Shown here: positions 30,472 to 39,845 of the stretch, one piece after another
Numbering within the stretch: the stretch's first letter is position 1
How the letters are laid out: each line of letters begins with the position of its first letter
Origin: Cellvibrionales bacterium UBA1854
Lineage (GTDB): Bacteria > Pseudomonadota > Gammaproteobacteria > Pseudomonadales > Porticoccaceae
NCBI GenBank assembly: GCA_002338445.1
Contig: DDII01000042.1
Coordinates: forward strand, 5,023-69,022
Length of the DNA stretch: 64,000 nucleotides
Direction: 5' to 3'
The notes under the pieces: generated by a model
Database searches by the model: none
The model's input: the letters and a program-made list of their open reading frames with translations, nothing else
Told to the model about the DNA's origin: nothing
Translations under genes and position numbers: made by a program

Positions 30472-30891
30472 ATGAAATCCAACCGTCCATATCTAATCCG
30501 TGCTTTTTATGAATGGATTGTGGATAATGAGTGCACGCCATATGTGGTTATAGACGCCCATCATGAAAACGTTGAAGTGCCTCAGAACTTCGTGACTAAT
30601 GGGCAAATAATTTTAAATATAGCGCCAAGAGCCGTGACGAATTTTAAAATGAATAACGAGTGCATCAAACTTTCAACCAGATTTGGGGGGATCCCCATAG
30701 ATATTTTTTGTCCGATGGGTTCAATACTTGGTATATACGCCCAAGAAAATGGTCAGGGAATGATGTTTGAGCCAGACCCTGATGATGAGCCGCCTCCCCA
30801 AGGGCAAACTCCAAAGATTTTGTCATCGTTGTCAAAAACTAAGCCTCGGGACACTGTGAAGGGGAAACCATCTTTACGTGTTATTAAGTAA
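30472..30891 (+). CDS. sspB: ClpXP adaptor SspB
   Basis: N-terminal RPYLIRAFYEWIVDNECTPYVV and C-terminal LRVIK ClpX-binding-like tail. Follows sspA. Confidence 0.92.
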   Translation: MKSNRPYLIRAFYEWIVDNECTPYVVIDAHHENVEVPQNFVTNGQIILNIAPRAVTNFKMNNECIKLSTRFGGIPIDIFCPMGSILGIYAQENGQGMMFEPDPDDEPPPQGQTPKILSSLSKTKPRDTVKGKPSLRVIK

Positions 30892-30943
30892 AAAATGTTG
30901 TAGTCCGATATTCAGTTTAGGTACGGAGCATCATTACTGATGT

Positions 30944-31510
30944 TCAATCTATGTATTCAAATACCTTAACTACTCTTCTAACGCCGCTAGTTTCTCGAGC
31001 TAAATTCACTGCCTTATCGCTTTCTGACTTTGAAATAATTGCCATCATGTATACTATGCTGTCCTCAGTTATTATCTTAATATCGCTACCCTTCACTTCC
31101 TCATTTAACCTTAACTTTAGCTGAATTTTTTTAGTGATCAGGCTATCGTTGGTTCTAGAAATTAGTGATGTATTATTGCGCACTTGGAGTTCATTATGAA
31201 CAATCCTAACTCGATTGAATTTTCTTGCTGTTTCGCCAGCTAATTTTTTTAATTTGGTATTGGGTACTTCGCCTGTGAGAAGGACGATTGAATTATATAC
31301 ATTGACATTTATATGAGATTTCTCCAACTCGGGTTCAGCTTTCTTAATGTTTACGCCTATTCCAGTGGCCATGTGTACATCATTTAAATAAGATCCCGGC
31401 CCAATGTCGGTTAGATCTTCCCCGATTGGTTCTTCCGTGAGATTGTGCATTACAGATGTGCAACTGGAAAGAAATATGCTCAGAATAAAAATAGGAATTA
31501 GTTTTTTCAC
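30944..31510 (-). CDS. dolP: Dual-BON-domain outer-membrane lipoprotein (DolP/YraP)
   Basis: Lipobox LSSC and two BON-like repeats. Last gene of the lpoA-diaA-dolP cluster. Confidence 0.8.
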   Translation of the reverse strand: MKKLIPIFILSIFLSSCTSVMHNLTEEPIGEDLTDIGPGSYLNDVHMATGIGVNIKKAEPELEKSHINVNVYNSIVLLTGEVPNTKLKKLAGETARKFNRVRIVHNELQVRNNTSLISRTNDSLITKKIQLKLRLNEEVKGSDIKIITEDSIVYMMAIISKSESDKAVNLARETSGVRRVVKVFEYID

Positions 31511-32197
31511 TTATTTGCCACCTAATATTATCGAATCAATAAGCTCTGATAGACACTCCAGCATCTGAAGGTGCAATACACTAATCACAGTATCTTCGTA
31601 ATCGCTCATGTCTATGCGAAGATCTTTATAACTTAATTTCTCTGCCAATATAGTATCATCTTTATGGCTGATTAGTAGGATCTTAATGTCTCTTTCAACA
31701 GCTGCATCTGCAGTTTTTAAGAGCGCCGGGTGACTGCCGCCTCTACTAATGATTAATAATAAATCTGATTGGTTTCCATGTGTAAACAGAGCATCAGCGA
31801 AGCGATTTTCGCCTAATCGATTTTGGCACAATTGGTTTAGACTCAAAGCTGGGAAACCTGGGCGTTCAATTTGCGTGCCTACAGCTAGATTATAACTGAA
31901 AAGCTGTCCTAATAGGCTGGCAGGACCATCGATACCGCAGGTAAAGATCGTGTGGCCATGCAAAAGGGAAGATGAGATCATTTGTGCCGCATTTAAAATT
32001 TCAGAAGCTGATGAGTCACCCATTGAAATCGTCGCTTCCACAAGACGCTGATGGAAATTAAAAATTCTTTGATTCACTCTAAAAACCTTATCTAAGGGTG
32101 AATTTAAACCAAAATTATATCTTCTAGTTATGCTCCCTTCGATAGCTATTTGAAATTTGGGTGCTTTTTTAGTCGCTGAGCGGGTTAATGAGATCAA
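31511..32197 (-). CDS. diaA: SIS-domain protein, DiaA/GmhA-like
   Basis: Aligns to E. coli DiaA from about residue 41 ([20 protein letters not shown] vs [40 protein letters not shown]). An in-frame GTG at 32077 would give a canonical protein of about 189 aa, so the start is uncertain. Confidence 0.65.
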   Translation of the reverse strand: [228 protein letters not shown]

Positions 32198-32244
32198 GAT
32201 CTCTAATGTTTTTGTGTCGAAAAATGTTTACTTCGATAGTCGTC

Positions 32245-34158
32245 CTATTTAGTAGGCACTGAACTAGTTTCCTCCTGACTGTAAGGAGAGTTAATGGGAA
32301 TGACCTTACCATTCTTGAACTTAGCCCATCCAGTTTTTCGTTTCACCTTGCCATCGATCAGATTCAAAATTCCGGTGGCCGAAAATAAGGTATTGGGCGG
32401 ATATTTTTGTTGCATTTGAGGAAATTTTCTTGAGACTATAAAAGCATCATAACCGAGGACATAGAGGTGTTTTAAAGCTGTGTGCATCTCTTTGTTGGGA
32501 GAGACCTCATCGGGTAATTGATTAGTAAGTGTCCATGGCATTGCGCAGAATTCGATACCTGATAGATCGTTATCAAGAGAAATTTGTTGTGTACCGTTGT
32601 AAATATGTGAGGTAGCATAGATCGGGAGATCGTTGGCATATAAAAAATCTAGCGACGGTTTTATTTGTCTGCCCATTGATGGAAAGCTTACGATAACTAC
32701 AAGATCTATATCTTGACGACGACGAGAATTTAATTTTAGTCGGCTATTGACGTATTTAAGCAATTCTAGTCCACGCTCCTCACTAGCATCTATATTTAGG
32801 GGCTTTTTTAGGACGGTTATAAAATCTTTTATTTGCGCGGGATATCGCACCGAATTGGTGATAATGCCTCCCCTTTTTAGCCATTTTTGTTCAAAATGAT
32901 CAATCGCCCGTCCTCCCCAGCCAGTTTCTGGTGCTATCGTTAATACGTTTCTTTTTCCTAAGAGCCACGCTCTTTGAGCAATCTGATCCATTTCATCCAA
33001 AGGAGATAAACCGAATTGAAAAAAATATTTTGGTTTTTTTTCGATATTGACTTCACTTCGATTCAGAGTAACAACGGGAACACGAAAATCTGAGAATTTT
33101 AATAAATTCTGTACATTCTCGCTTCGTGCTGGTCCGATAATCATTTCAGCTCCATCACTTATTATCTCACTATAAAGCTTTTTAATGGGTGCTCTTGTAG
33201 TGTCGTATATTTTTACCAAAGGCACACTATTACCATAGCCCCATGCGCGATAATATGCAGTTAAAAAACCGTCCAATAAAGTTTTGCTTGCCGTTAGATG
33301 CGAGTCACTCATTGGCAATAATAATGCAATAGTTTTCGCCTCTTCGCCATACAACTTGGTCAGTTGCTCTGGAGGTACTATAGCTGCCGGGTGTTGAGGC
33401 CACTTGGTTCGCCAAATAGTCGTTTTCTCTGCGCTACTAATTTGATTATTTGGCATAAACCTATGTTTTATTGCCAATTGCAACCAGCCAGATAGGTTTT
33501 TTTCGTTTGTATTTTCGTCAAGTTTGATCAGCCTATTCAAAGGAATTTGGTTAAGCATATCCCAAATTTTATTATGTATCCTTTGGAGCTTATCCTCGGG
33601 GAGTGGTTTCGATAGCTCATAGGCTTGGTGAACTCCGGCCTCGTTATTGCCAATTGATATATTTAAATCAATTAGGAGACTTATCCAAGTCACCCTTTGT
33701 TCATGAGTTTGGTTTTGAACAAGTGCTTTTAGACGCGCGTCTGATATCCAAGAGTTAAAAGCTTCATAATCATGATAATGATTCAATATCTCAGCTTTTA
33801 GTAGGCCATATATTAGGTAATTGGCATCTGAAAGCAGTGCACCATTAATCTTCTTTAACACCTCACTACATAGAAAATAATTGCCTTCATTTTTATAAAG
33901 CAAAGCGCTCTCGAGAAAAAGTCTGTTCTTAATGGTTTCATCTGCTGCTTCGGCAAGCTCATGTAGATCGAGCGCTGAGGTACGATTTTCTTGCTCGCCA
34001 AGTGTGGATTTCCTGTCCATTGATATATCATCTGTGATAGTCGTTAGAGGTGAAGATGGCGCGCATGAACACATAAAGGCTAAAATACCCATAAACACAA
34101 AACTGCGATGGATCCAAAATTTAATGATTAATATCGAATCAATTGGGACTTTATACAT
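32245..34158 (-). CDS. lpoA: Penicillin-binding protein activator LpoA
   Basis: Lipoprotein signal (FMGILAFMCSC), N-terminal TPR-like domain and C-terminal periplasmic-binding-protein-like domain. Divergent from rsmI, as in E. coli yraM/yraL. Possible starts at 34197, 34158 or 34092. Confidence 0.8.
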   Translation of the reverse strand: MYKVPIDSILIIKFWIHRSFVFMGILAFMCSCAPSSPLTTITDDISMDRKSTLGEQENRTSALDLHELAEAADETIKNRLFLESALLYKNEGNYFLCSEVLKKINGALLSDANYLIYGLLKAEILNHYHDYEAFNSWISDARLKALVQNQTHEQRVTWISLLIDLNISIGNNEAGVHQAYELSKPLPEDKLQRIHNKIWDMLNQIPLNRLIKLDENTNEKNLSGWLQLAIKHRFMPNNQISSAEKTTIWRTKWPQHPAAIVPPEQLTKLYGEEAKTIALLLPMSDSHLTASKTLLDGFLTAYYRAWGYGNSVPLVKIYDTTRAPIKKLYSEIISDGAEMIIGPARSENVQNLLKFSDFRVPVVTLNRSEVNIEKKPKYFFQFGLSPLDEMDQIAQRAWLLGKRNVLTIAPETGWGGRAIDHFEQKWLKRGGIITNSVRYPAQIKDFITVLKKPLNIDASEERGLELLKYVNSRLKLNSRRRQDIDLVVIVSFPSMGRQIKPSLDFLYANDLPIYATSHIYNGTQQISLDNDLSGIEFCAMPWTLTNQLPDEVSPNKEMHTALKHLYVLGYDAFIVSRKFPQMQQKYPPNTLFSATGILNLIDGKVKRKTGWAKFKNGKVIPINSPYSQEETSSVPTK

Positions 34159-34987
34159 TGTGGCAACACCTATTGGGAATTTAGGAGATATGACCATTCG
34201 TGGTATCCAAATTTTGAGAGATGTTACTATTGTGGCCTGCGAGAACTCTCGCCATAGTAAACTACTCCTTGAACATTATCGCATACATTGTCAAACAATA
34301 AGCTATCGAGAGCAAAACGACCAAAAGGTTTTGAAAAAAATTATGTACTATCTGTCATGCGGAGAGTCTGTGGCATTTATTTCAGATGCCGGAACTCCAC
34401 TCATTTCAGATCCAGGATATCGATTAGTGTCGAGTGCGCGTGATGCTGGTCATAATGTAATCCCAGTACCCGGCTGCTCTGCTTTAATTGCGGCAATAAG
34501 TGTTTCCGGGCTACCGCCAAACCAATTCAGATTTATAGGATTTCTATCAGCTAAGGCTTCTCAGCGCAGATCCTCTATGAAATCCTTATGCAAATGCAGC
34601 GAAACTTTAATATTTTATGAGGCGCCGCATCGAATACTTGCTACTTTGCAGGATGCTTCCCAGATCTTTGGTGCGGATCGAAATGCTTTCATAGCCCGTG
34701 AAATTAGTAAAAAGTTTGAAACATATCATCGTGCTTTACTTGGAGATCTTTTCGCACTTGTTAAGTCCGATCTAAACCAACAACGCGGCGAAATTGTGTT
34801 AATTGTTGCAGGTACACAAGAAAAACTAGAGGTTCCTGAAATTGAGTCCGAGAGAATCTTGAAGCTTTTGATGGAAGAATTGTCCCCAAGTAAAGCGGCA
34901 GCTCTAACTTCAAAGATAACAGGGCTTCAAAAAAAACTGTTATATAACAGAGCGTTGGAATCTCAAACTAAGAAAAGGAACAACTAA
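34124..34987 (+). CDS. rsmI: 16S rRNA (cytidine1402-2'-O)-methyltransferase
   Basis: N-terminus GTLYIVATPIGNLGDMT and the tetrapyrrole-methylase-fold motifs DAGTPLISDPG and GCSALIAA. The ORF track start at 33932 would read through antisense lpoA. Confidence 0.9.
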   Translation: MINIESIGTLYIVATPIGNLGDMTIRGIQILRDVTIVACENSRHSKLLLEHYRIHCQTISYREQNDQKVLKKIMYYLSCGESVAFISDAGTPLISDPGYRLVSSARDAGHNVIPVPGCSALIAAISVSGLPPNQFRFIGFLSAKASQRRSSMKSLCKCSETLIFYEAPHRILATLQDASQIFGADRNAFIAREISKKFETYHRALLGDLFALVKSDLNQQRGEIVLIVAGTQEKLEVPEIESERILKLLMEELSPSKAAALTSKITGLQKKLLYNRALESQTKKRNN

Positions 34988-35081
34988 AATAACTGTCCAC
35001 ATAAAACAAAAATCCCATTTATCACATTGATTAAAAGCGCTTACCCAAAAATTTGCTCCGTAATTTACGGTGGAATTATTT

Positions 35082-35726
35082 TTATTTTGTCAGATTTGGT
35101 TCGTCCCATCCTACGACGTCTTGCCACAAATTAACAATCTCGCAAAATAATTCAGCAGTTTTTATTGCATCATATAAAGCATTGTGCGCTGCTTTATCAT
35201 TAAAGCTCATACCCGCCACTCGACAAGCTTTTGCCAGAACGGTTTGACCATAGGCTAGGCCTGCCAACGATGAAGTATCGAAACATGAAAAAGGATGAAA
35301 AGGATTACCTTTGATTTTAGTGCGCTTGATTGCTGCGTTCATGAAAGCCAAGTCAAAGTGAGCATTGTGACCAACTAATATGGCCCGACTACATTTGGTT
35401 CTGCTAATTTCACGACGGATTGACAAAAATATATTTCTAAGAGCATCAACTTCATCAACTGCTATCCGACGAGAGTCATGCGGATTAATCCCGGTAAATT
35501 CTAAAGAGGAGGGCTCAATCACCGAGCCGACGAATGGAGTGATATTCTTATTAATGCTACTTTTGATTGATAGCTTGAATTTATCATCCATCTCTAAGAT
35601 TACAATTGCTATTTCGAGAAGAGCATCAGTCTGGGCATTGAAGCCGCCACTTTCGATATCCACCACTACTGGTAAAAAACCTCTGAATCGCTGTGATATA
35701 GGATATAAATTTTCTTGGTGTGTCAT
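35082..35726 (-). CDS. rnt: Ribonuclease T
   Basis: Colinear with E. coli RNase T (RFRGFLPVVVDIESGGFN, GHNAHFDLAFM, HNALYDA). Confidence 0.95.
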   Translation of the reverse strand: MTHQENLYPISQRFRGFLPVVVDIESGGFNAQTDALLEIAIVILEMDDKFKLSIKSSINKNITPFVGSVIEPSSLEFTGINPHDSRRIAVDEVDALRNIFLSIRREISRTKCSRAILVGHNAHFDLAFMNAAIKRTKIKGNPFHPFSCFDTSSLAGLAYGQTVLAKACRVAGMSFNDKAAHNALYDAIKTAELFCEIVNLWQDVVGWDEPNLTK

Positions 35727-35732
35727 GTGTAT

Positions 35733-36767
35733 TTAGGTTTCAAGCCGCCAATTTAGAGTATGTCCTGCCGCTAACGGCACTAAATAGGAATCTCCGTAAT
35801 CCATCTGCTTCGGCACTTGCCATGGATCACGAACTAATGAGATAAGTTCAGAATTTTTTTCTAAGCCATAAAATTCGGCGCCATTTATACTTGCAAATTT
35901 TTCTAACTGATCTAACGCGCCTGCTCGCTCAAAAGCTTGCGCATACAATTCGATGGCTGCATGATGGCTAAAACAACCAGCACAACCGCAGGCACTCTCT
36001 TTATTTGCGCGAGGGTGTGGCGCCGAGTCTGTCCCTAAAAAAAATTTTTTTTCTCCGCTGGTTGCGGCTTTAATAAGAGCATTTTGATGCAGGTCTCGCT
36101 TAAGAATTGGTAAACAAAAGAGATGTGGTCTGATACCACCAGCCAGCATATCATTTCTATTAAAAAGCAAGTGTTGCGGCGTGATGGTGGCGGCGATATA
36201 TTTATCGTTGTCTCTCACAAACTCAACACTGTGTTCGGTTGTGATATGCTCCAATATAATCCTCAACTCGGGAAACCTATGTTTTATTTGTGTTAGGTGA
36301 CGATCAATAAATATTTTTTCGCGGTCGAAAATATCTACCGAACTGTCTGTCACTTCTCCATGGATTTGAAGTGGTATTCCCAGTTCTTGCATAATTTCAA
36401 AGACCGCATCTAAACCATTAAGATCTGTGACGCCAGATGCAGAATTAGTTGTTGCGCCAGCTGGGTAATATTTGCAACCAAAGATCAGACCTTGATTATG
36501 TGCGGTTCTTATACATTCTATTGATGTGTTATCGGTCAGATACATAACCATTAGGGGAGTCCAGTCGCTATCAGACGGTCTATGTTTAAGTATTGAGTCA
36601 CGATACTTTTTAATTGACTCCGCCGACGTGACGGGAGGCGATAAATTTGGCATTATGATGCAGCGTTTAAAACAACGCATCGCTGCAGGAACTGTTGTTT
36701 CTAACGCGTCCTTGTCGCGAAGATGTGAGTGCCAATCATCGGGCTTTATTATTGAAATTCTGTCCAT
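35733..36767 (-). CDS. pyrC: Dihydroorotase (E. coli-type, class II)
   Basis: 344 aa. Motifs DDWHSHLRD, carboxylated-Lys region FGCKYYPAGATTNS, HGE and GTDSAPH. Confidence 0.93.
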   Translation of the reverse strand: MDRISIIKPDDWHSHLRDKDALETTVPAAMRCFKRCIIMPNLSPPVTSAESIKKYRDSILKHRPSDSDWTPLMVMYLTDNTSIECIRTAHNQGLIFGCKYYPAGATTNSASGVTDLNGLDAVFEIMQELGIPLQIHGEVTDSSVDIFDREKIFIDRHLTQIKHRFPELRIILEHITTEHSVEFVRDNDKYIAATITPQHLLFNRNDMLAGGIRPHLFCLPILKRDLHQNALIKAATSGEKKFFLGTDSAPHPRANKESACGCAGCFSHHAAIELYAQAFERAGALDQLEKFASINGAEFYGLEKNSELISLVRDPWQVPKQMDYGDSYLVPLAAGHTLNWRLET

Positions 36768-36875
36768 TGGCTAGATCATCGAACTAAAATTGAAAAGATT
36801 AGTTTTGTCTTAATGATAGCCTCGTAATCACAATGGTGCATTCTCTTTTTGTAAATAGTCGAATAAAAATTACAC

Positions 36876-36889
36876 TCAGTCGCGACTGA
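36876..36889 (-). terminator. Possible terminator hairpin after rnfE
   Basis: Perfect 14-nt palindrome TCAGTCGCGACTGA, 55 nt downstream of the rnfE stop. On the minus strand it is followed by GTGTAATTTTTATT. Short stem, so weak. Confidence 0.3.
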
Positions 36890-36943
36890 AGGCTAACAAA
36901 ATTTTACGAATCTTTATCCTGAATGAGCGCTGTGTAAACTAAG

Positions 36944-37597
36944 TTATTTGGCGTATTTGTCCAAATATGAGTCGATAATATTTTTTAAAGCTAAAAGACT
37001 AGCTAAGATAAAGAATGCGCCACATGGAAAATTGAAAATCAATACTTCAAAGTTCTCGCCGAAAGGCTGTATTACCCAGTTTTTGGCTACTGATCCGAAT
37101 ATTAGATGCATATTTTTAAAAATCGTACCTGCACCTAAAAGTTCACGTAATATTCCCACAACTGATATAACGACTAAAAAAGCGGTGCCGCAAACTAATC
37201 CGTCATATGCCGCTTGCACGACAGTCTTGTTGTATGCAATTACCCTTAGTCGGTCCCATATGACTCCATTAGTGGCAATGAGAGGGACGAAGATTCCTAT
37301 CGAAGTGGATAGCGCGTAGGCAAAAGCTTGCATCACTAAATCGGTAATTGTCACCAGAGTAGCGACCACTAAAATGGCAAATGGAATCTTCGTTTTTTCA
37401 GTTAGTTTTTTACGATGTAATGAAATTAGAACATTTGAACCTATTAAAATGAGAAGGGTTGTAAGTCCCAAAGTAAGCGCATTAGACAAAGTGGTAGCAA
37501 TTGCCAGCACTGGAGTCATGCCTATGAGCTTTACCAGCGTTAAGTTATTAGACCAAAGTTGTTTATTGTTTTTTTTAAAGAAGGAGGTATCGTTCAT
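36944..37597 (-). CDS. rnfE: Rnf complex subunit E homolog (Cys ligands substituted)
   Basis: Colinear with E. coli RsxE (LWSNNLTLVKLIGMTPVLA vs LWKNNSALVQLLGLCPLLA; GIFVPLIATNG vs GIFIPLIVTNC). Confidence 0.85.
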   Translation of the reverse strand: MNDTSFFKKNNKQLWSNNLTLVKLIGMTPVLAIATTLSNALTLGLTTLLILIGSNVLISLHRKKLTEKTKIPFAILVVATLVTITDLVMQAFAYALSTSIGIFVPLIATNGVIWDRLRVIAYNKTVVQAAYDGLVCGTAFLVVISVVGILRELLGAGTIFKNMHLIFGSVAKNWVIQPFGENFEVLIFNFPCGAFFILASLLALKNIIDSYLDKYAK

Positions 37598-38238
37598 TAA
37601 TTTATTCCTTCCATTTTTTTGAGTGAATCGTAGCCCCTATCAAGGATAGTCTTACTAAAGTTTAGTGTCGCGAATACCTGTCGTACAACTGCTCTCGGCG
37701 TTATGGTTGCTCCTGTAAATGAGTCAAAAGTTCCGCCATCGGGTATTAAACCCCACTCGACGTCAGTTGTGTTTGAGAGAGATCGTCCGGAAAATTGACT
37801 GATCCAAGGGCTCTTAGTGATTTCTATCTTGTCTCCTAGTCCTAGTGTTTCTTTATGGGAAGTTACGCGGACTTCAATAATATTTCCCGCCATATCAATA
37901 CTAACAAGTATTTTGATGTCGCCACTGTATCCTTCTCCAACGGCTGGAATTATCAACGCTACCGGGATGCCGTTATTCTTAACAACATGATAATCGCTGC
38001 CGTTATCAAGCCCGAGTGACCTCAAGTGCGTTTCAGGCACCGATAGTGACTTAATAAAAACGTCCCCATTATAATAACTTTTGGGTATGAGTTTCAGTAA
38101 CTTTTCCTTTTTGGACGAGAGAATATTTGAAGAAATAATTTCTTTCGTGAGGGAGTGCACAAAACCCAATACCAGCATAAATAGAATAGCAGACACACTA
38201 ACGAGCACGATTCTTCGCAGGTTTGCCTTACTTGTCAT
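37597..38238 (-). CDS. rnfG: Rnf complex subunit G homolog
   Basis: Colinear with E. coli RsxG (GYSGDIKILV, HKETLGLGDKIE, FDSFTGATITPRAV including the FMN-threonine motif). Confidence 0.88.
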   Translation of the reverse strand: MTSKANLRRIVLVSVSAILFMLVLGFVHSLTKEIISSNILSSKKEKLLKLIPKSYYNGDVFIKSLSVPETHLRSLGLDNGSDYHVVKNNGIPVALIIPAVGEGYSGDIKILVSIDMAGNIIEVRVTSHKETLGLGDKIEITKSPWISQFSGRSLSNTTDVEWGLIPDGGTFDSFTGATITPRAVVRQVFATLNFSKTILDRGYDSLKKMEGIN

Positions 38239-39260
38239 CTATTCTTTTCGCTATCAGCAATTATAACGGTATATTTATCAATCGTTGGGGCTATGAAGTT
38301 GGCTGTGAGGACTGCAAAGGCTAAGCCGTCCGGATAATCACTCCAGCCTCGCAAGAAGAAAACTAAAATTCCAATGAGAATTCCAAAGGTAAGACGACCA
38401 GCTGCGCTCGTTGCAGAGGATACAGGATCAGTAATTATAAAAAAAGCGCCGATCATTGTCGCCCCGCTGAAAAGGTGGAAGATTGGGGACCCTAAACTCG
38501 CAGAGCTCCCAGAATCCCAAAAAACAAGTGATAAAATTGCGATGCTTCCTAACATTCCAGCGGGTGCATGCCAGGTAATTATTTTGGAGATGATTAAGAA
38601 CAAACCACCCAAAAGAAAACCTAGGTTAACCCATTCCCAACCAACTCCGGCCCACCCACTCTCCGAAAAGATTTCTTTTTCGGAGTAAAGTTGGGTTACA
38701 AGAAGACCATTATTTTGCTTGAAAACCTCAAGCGGGGTTGCGCCAGTAATACCATCGAATTGCTGTATGTTACCAATTATAATCATGATCGAATCAATCA
38801 GCGTCAGGTTCTGGGCCTCGCTAGAGTAAGATGGGTCCGCAGCAACCCATTGACTCATTGAAAAAGGAAAACATAATAATAACGTTGCGTAGCCCACCAT
38901 TGCAGGGTTGAAAGGGTTGGCTCCGAGGCCGCCATAGGCATGTTTTCCTATCAGAATTGCTACAAAGCACCCTATGATGGGTAACCACCAGGGGCAAAGA
39001 GGAGGTAGTGATAAGCCAATTAAGACGGCAGTTAAAACGGTGCTAAAGTCTTGCAGGCAATAATTAAGCGATTTTTCTCTAAGGCTGAGTGCAACAGCCT
39101 CAAAGATTACTGAACTGAAAATGCAGATAAAAACGTTTAAAGAAACACCCCAACCGAAGTGCCAAGAGAGTGCTAAGAAACCAGGGAAACAAGCTAAAAT
39201 GACTAGCAGGGCTATTTGGTCACCGGTTCGATCGGTGGCATTGAGCATAAAACTAGACAT
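38235..39260 (-). CDS. rnfD: Rnf complex subunit D homolog
   Basis: Colinear with E. coli RsxD (YGGLGANPFNPAM, DGITGATPLE flavinylation motif, LFSGATMIGAFFIITDPV, YPDGLAFAVL). Confidence 0.9.
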   Translation of the reverse strand: MSSFMLNATDRTGDQIALLVILACFPGFLALSWHFGWGVSLNVFICIFSSVIFEAVALSLREKSLNYCLQDFSTVLTAVLIGLSLPPLCPWWLPIIGCFVAILIGKHAYGGLGANPFNPAMVGYATLLLCFPFSMSQWVAADPSYSSEAQNLTLIDSIMIIIGNIQQFDGITGATPLEVFKQNNGLLVTQLYSEKEIFSESGWAGVGWEWVNLGFLLGGLFLIISKIITWHAPAGMLGSIAILSLVFWDSGSSASLGSPIFHLFSGATMIGAFFIITDPVSSATSAAGRLTFGILIGILVFFLRGWSDYPDGLAFAVLTANFIAPTIDKYTVIIADSEKNR

Positions 39261-39845
39261 TCACATTATCCCACGGAATCCAGAAAAAGCCATAGACATT
39301 AGTCCCATTGTAATCAAGGCAATGGGACCTCCTTGGAGGTGAATGGGGATGTGTGGGCCAGTTATTTTTTGCTGTAGGTTTGCAAATGAAATTAATACGA
39401 TGGAAAAACCAATTCCCGCGCCAAGGCCATGAGACGTTGCTTGAAAAACTGACGTAACGTTCTCAGAATTCTGCAAGGCGATTCCTAAAACTGCTGAATT
39501 AATAAATAAAAGTGGAAAGAAAATATTAAAAATTTTATCGGAGCACACGTTATATTTCTTGATAAAAAATTTGTGAAGCCATACGACTGCAGTAATTAAT
39601 AGCATGAAGGAAAGGGTGCGTAAATAAACAAGGTGTAGCGACTCAAGAATTATTTTTTCAAAACAATAATTAACGCCCGCGCTAATCGTCATCACTGAAG
39701 TTGTTATCAGGGATATAATGGGAACGGCTTTCCTATCTTCAGAAAGACGCATAGAATCAGACACGCCTAGGGTTTGCACTAATACATAGTTATTGCTGAG
39801 GCTAGCCACAAAAATTAAGTAAGTGAATTCTTCTATTGTGAGCAT
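39261..39845 (-). CDS. rnfA: Rnf complex subunit A homolog (Cys ligands substituted)
   Basis: Colinear with E. coli RsxA (NNYVLVQTLGVSD vs NNFVLVKFLGLCP; LFINSAVLGIAL vs ITTNCAVLGVAL; C-terminal GPIALITMGLMSMAFSGF). Directly downstream of metG. Confidence 0.85.
   Translation of the reverse strand: MLTIEEFTYLIFVASLSNNYVLVQTLGVSDSMRLSEDRKAVPIISLITTSVMTISAGVNYCFEKIILESLHLVYLRTLSFMLLITAVVWLHKFFIKKYNVCSDKIFNIFFPLLFINSAVLGIALQNSENVTSVFQATSHGLGAGIGFSIVLISFANLQQKITGPHIPIHLQGGPIALITMGLMSMAFSGFRGIM

Noticed and set aside
33932-34123. N-terminal extension of rsmI in the ORF track (64 codons). Similar upstream extensions exist for rplM (25984-26073), metG (41931-41972), iscS (55550-55570), iscX (60353-60415), fpr (52175-52195) and the TPR protein (2363-2404).
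   Set aside because: The extensions are not colinear with well-known orthologs and overlap neighbouring genes. Internal starts reproduce the canonical N-termini.
34988-35081. Checked for RNase P RNA (rnpB) beside rsmI, where I recall it lying in Pseudomonas.
   Set aside because: The spacer is only 94 bp and lacks the GGAAAGTCCGG core. Not present.
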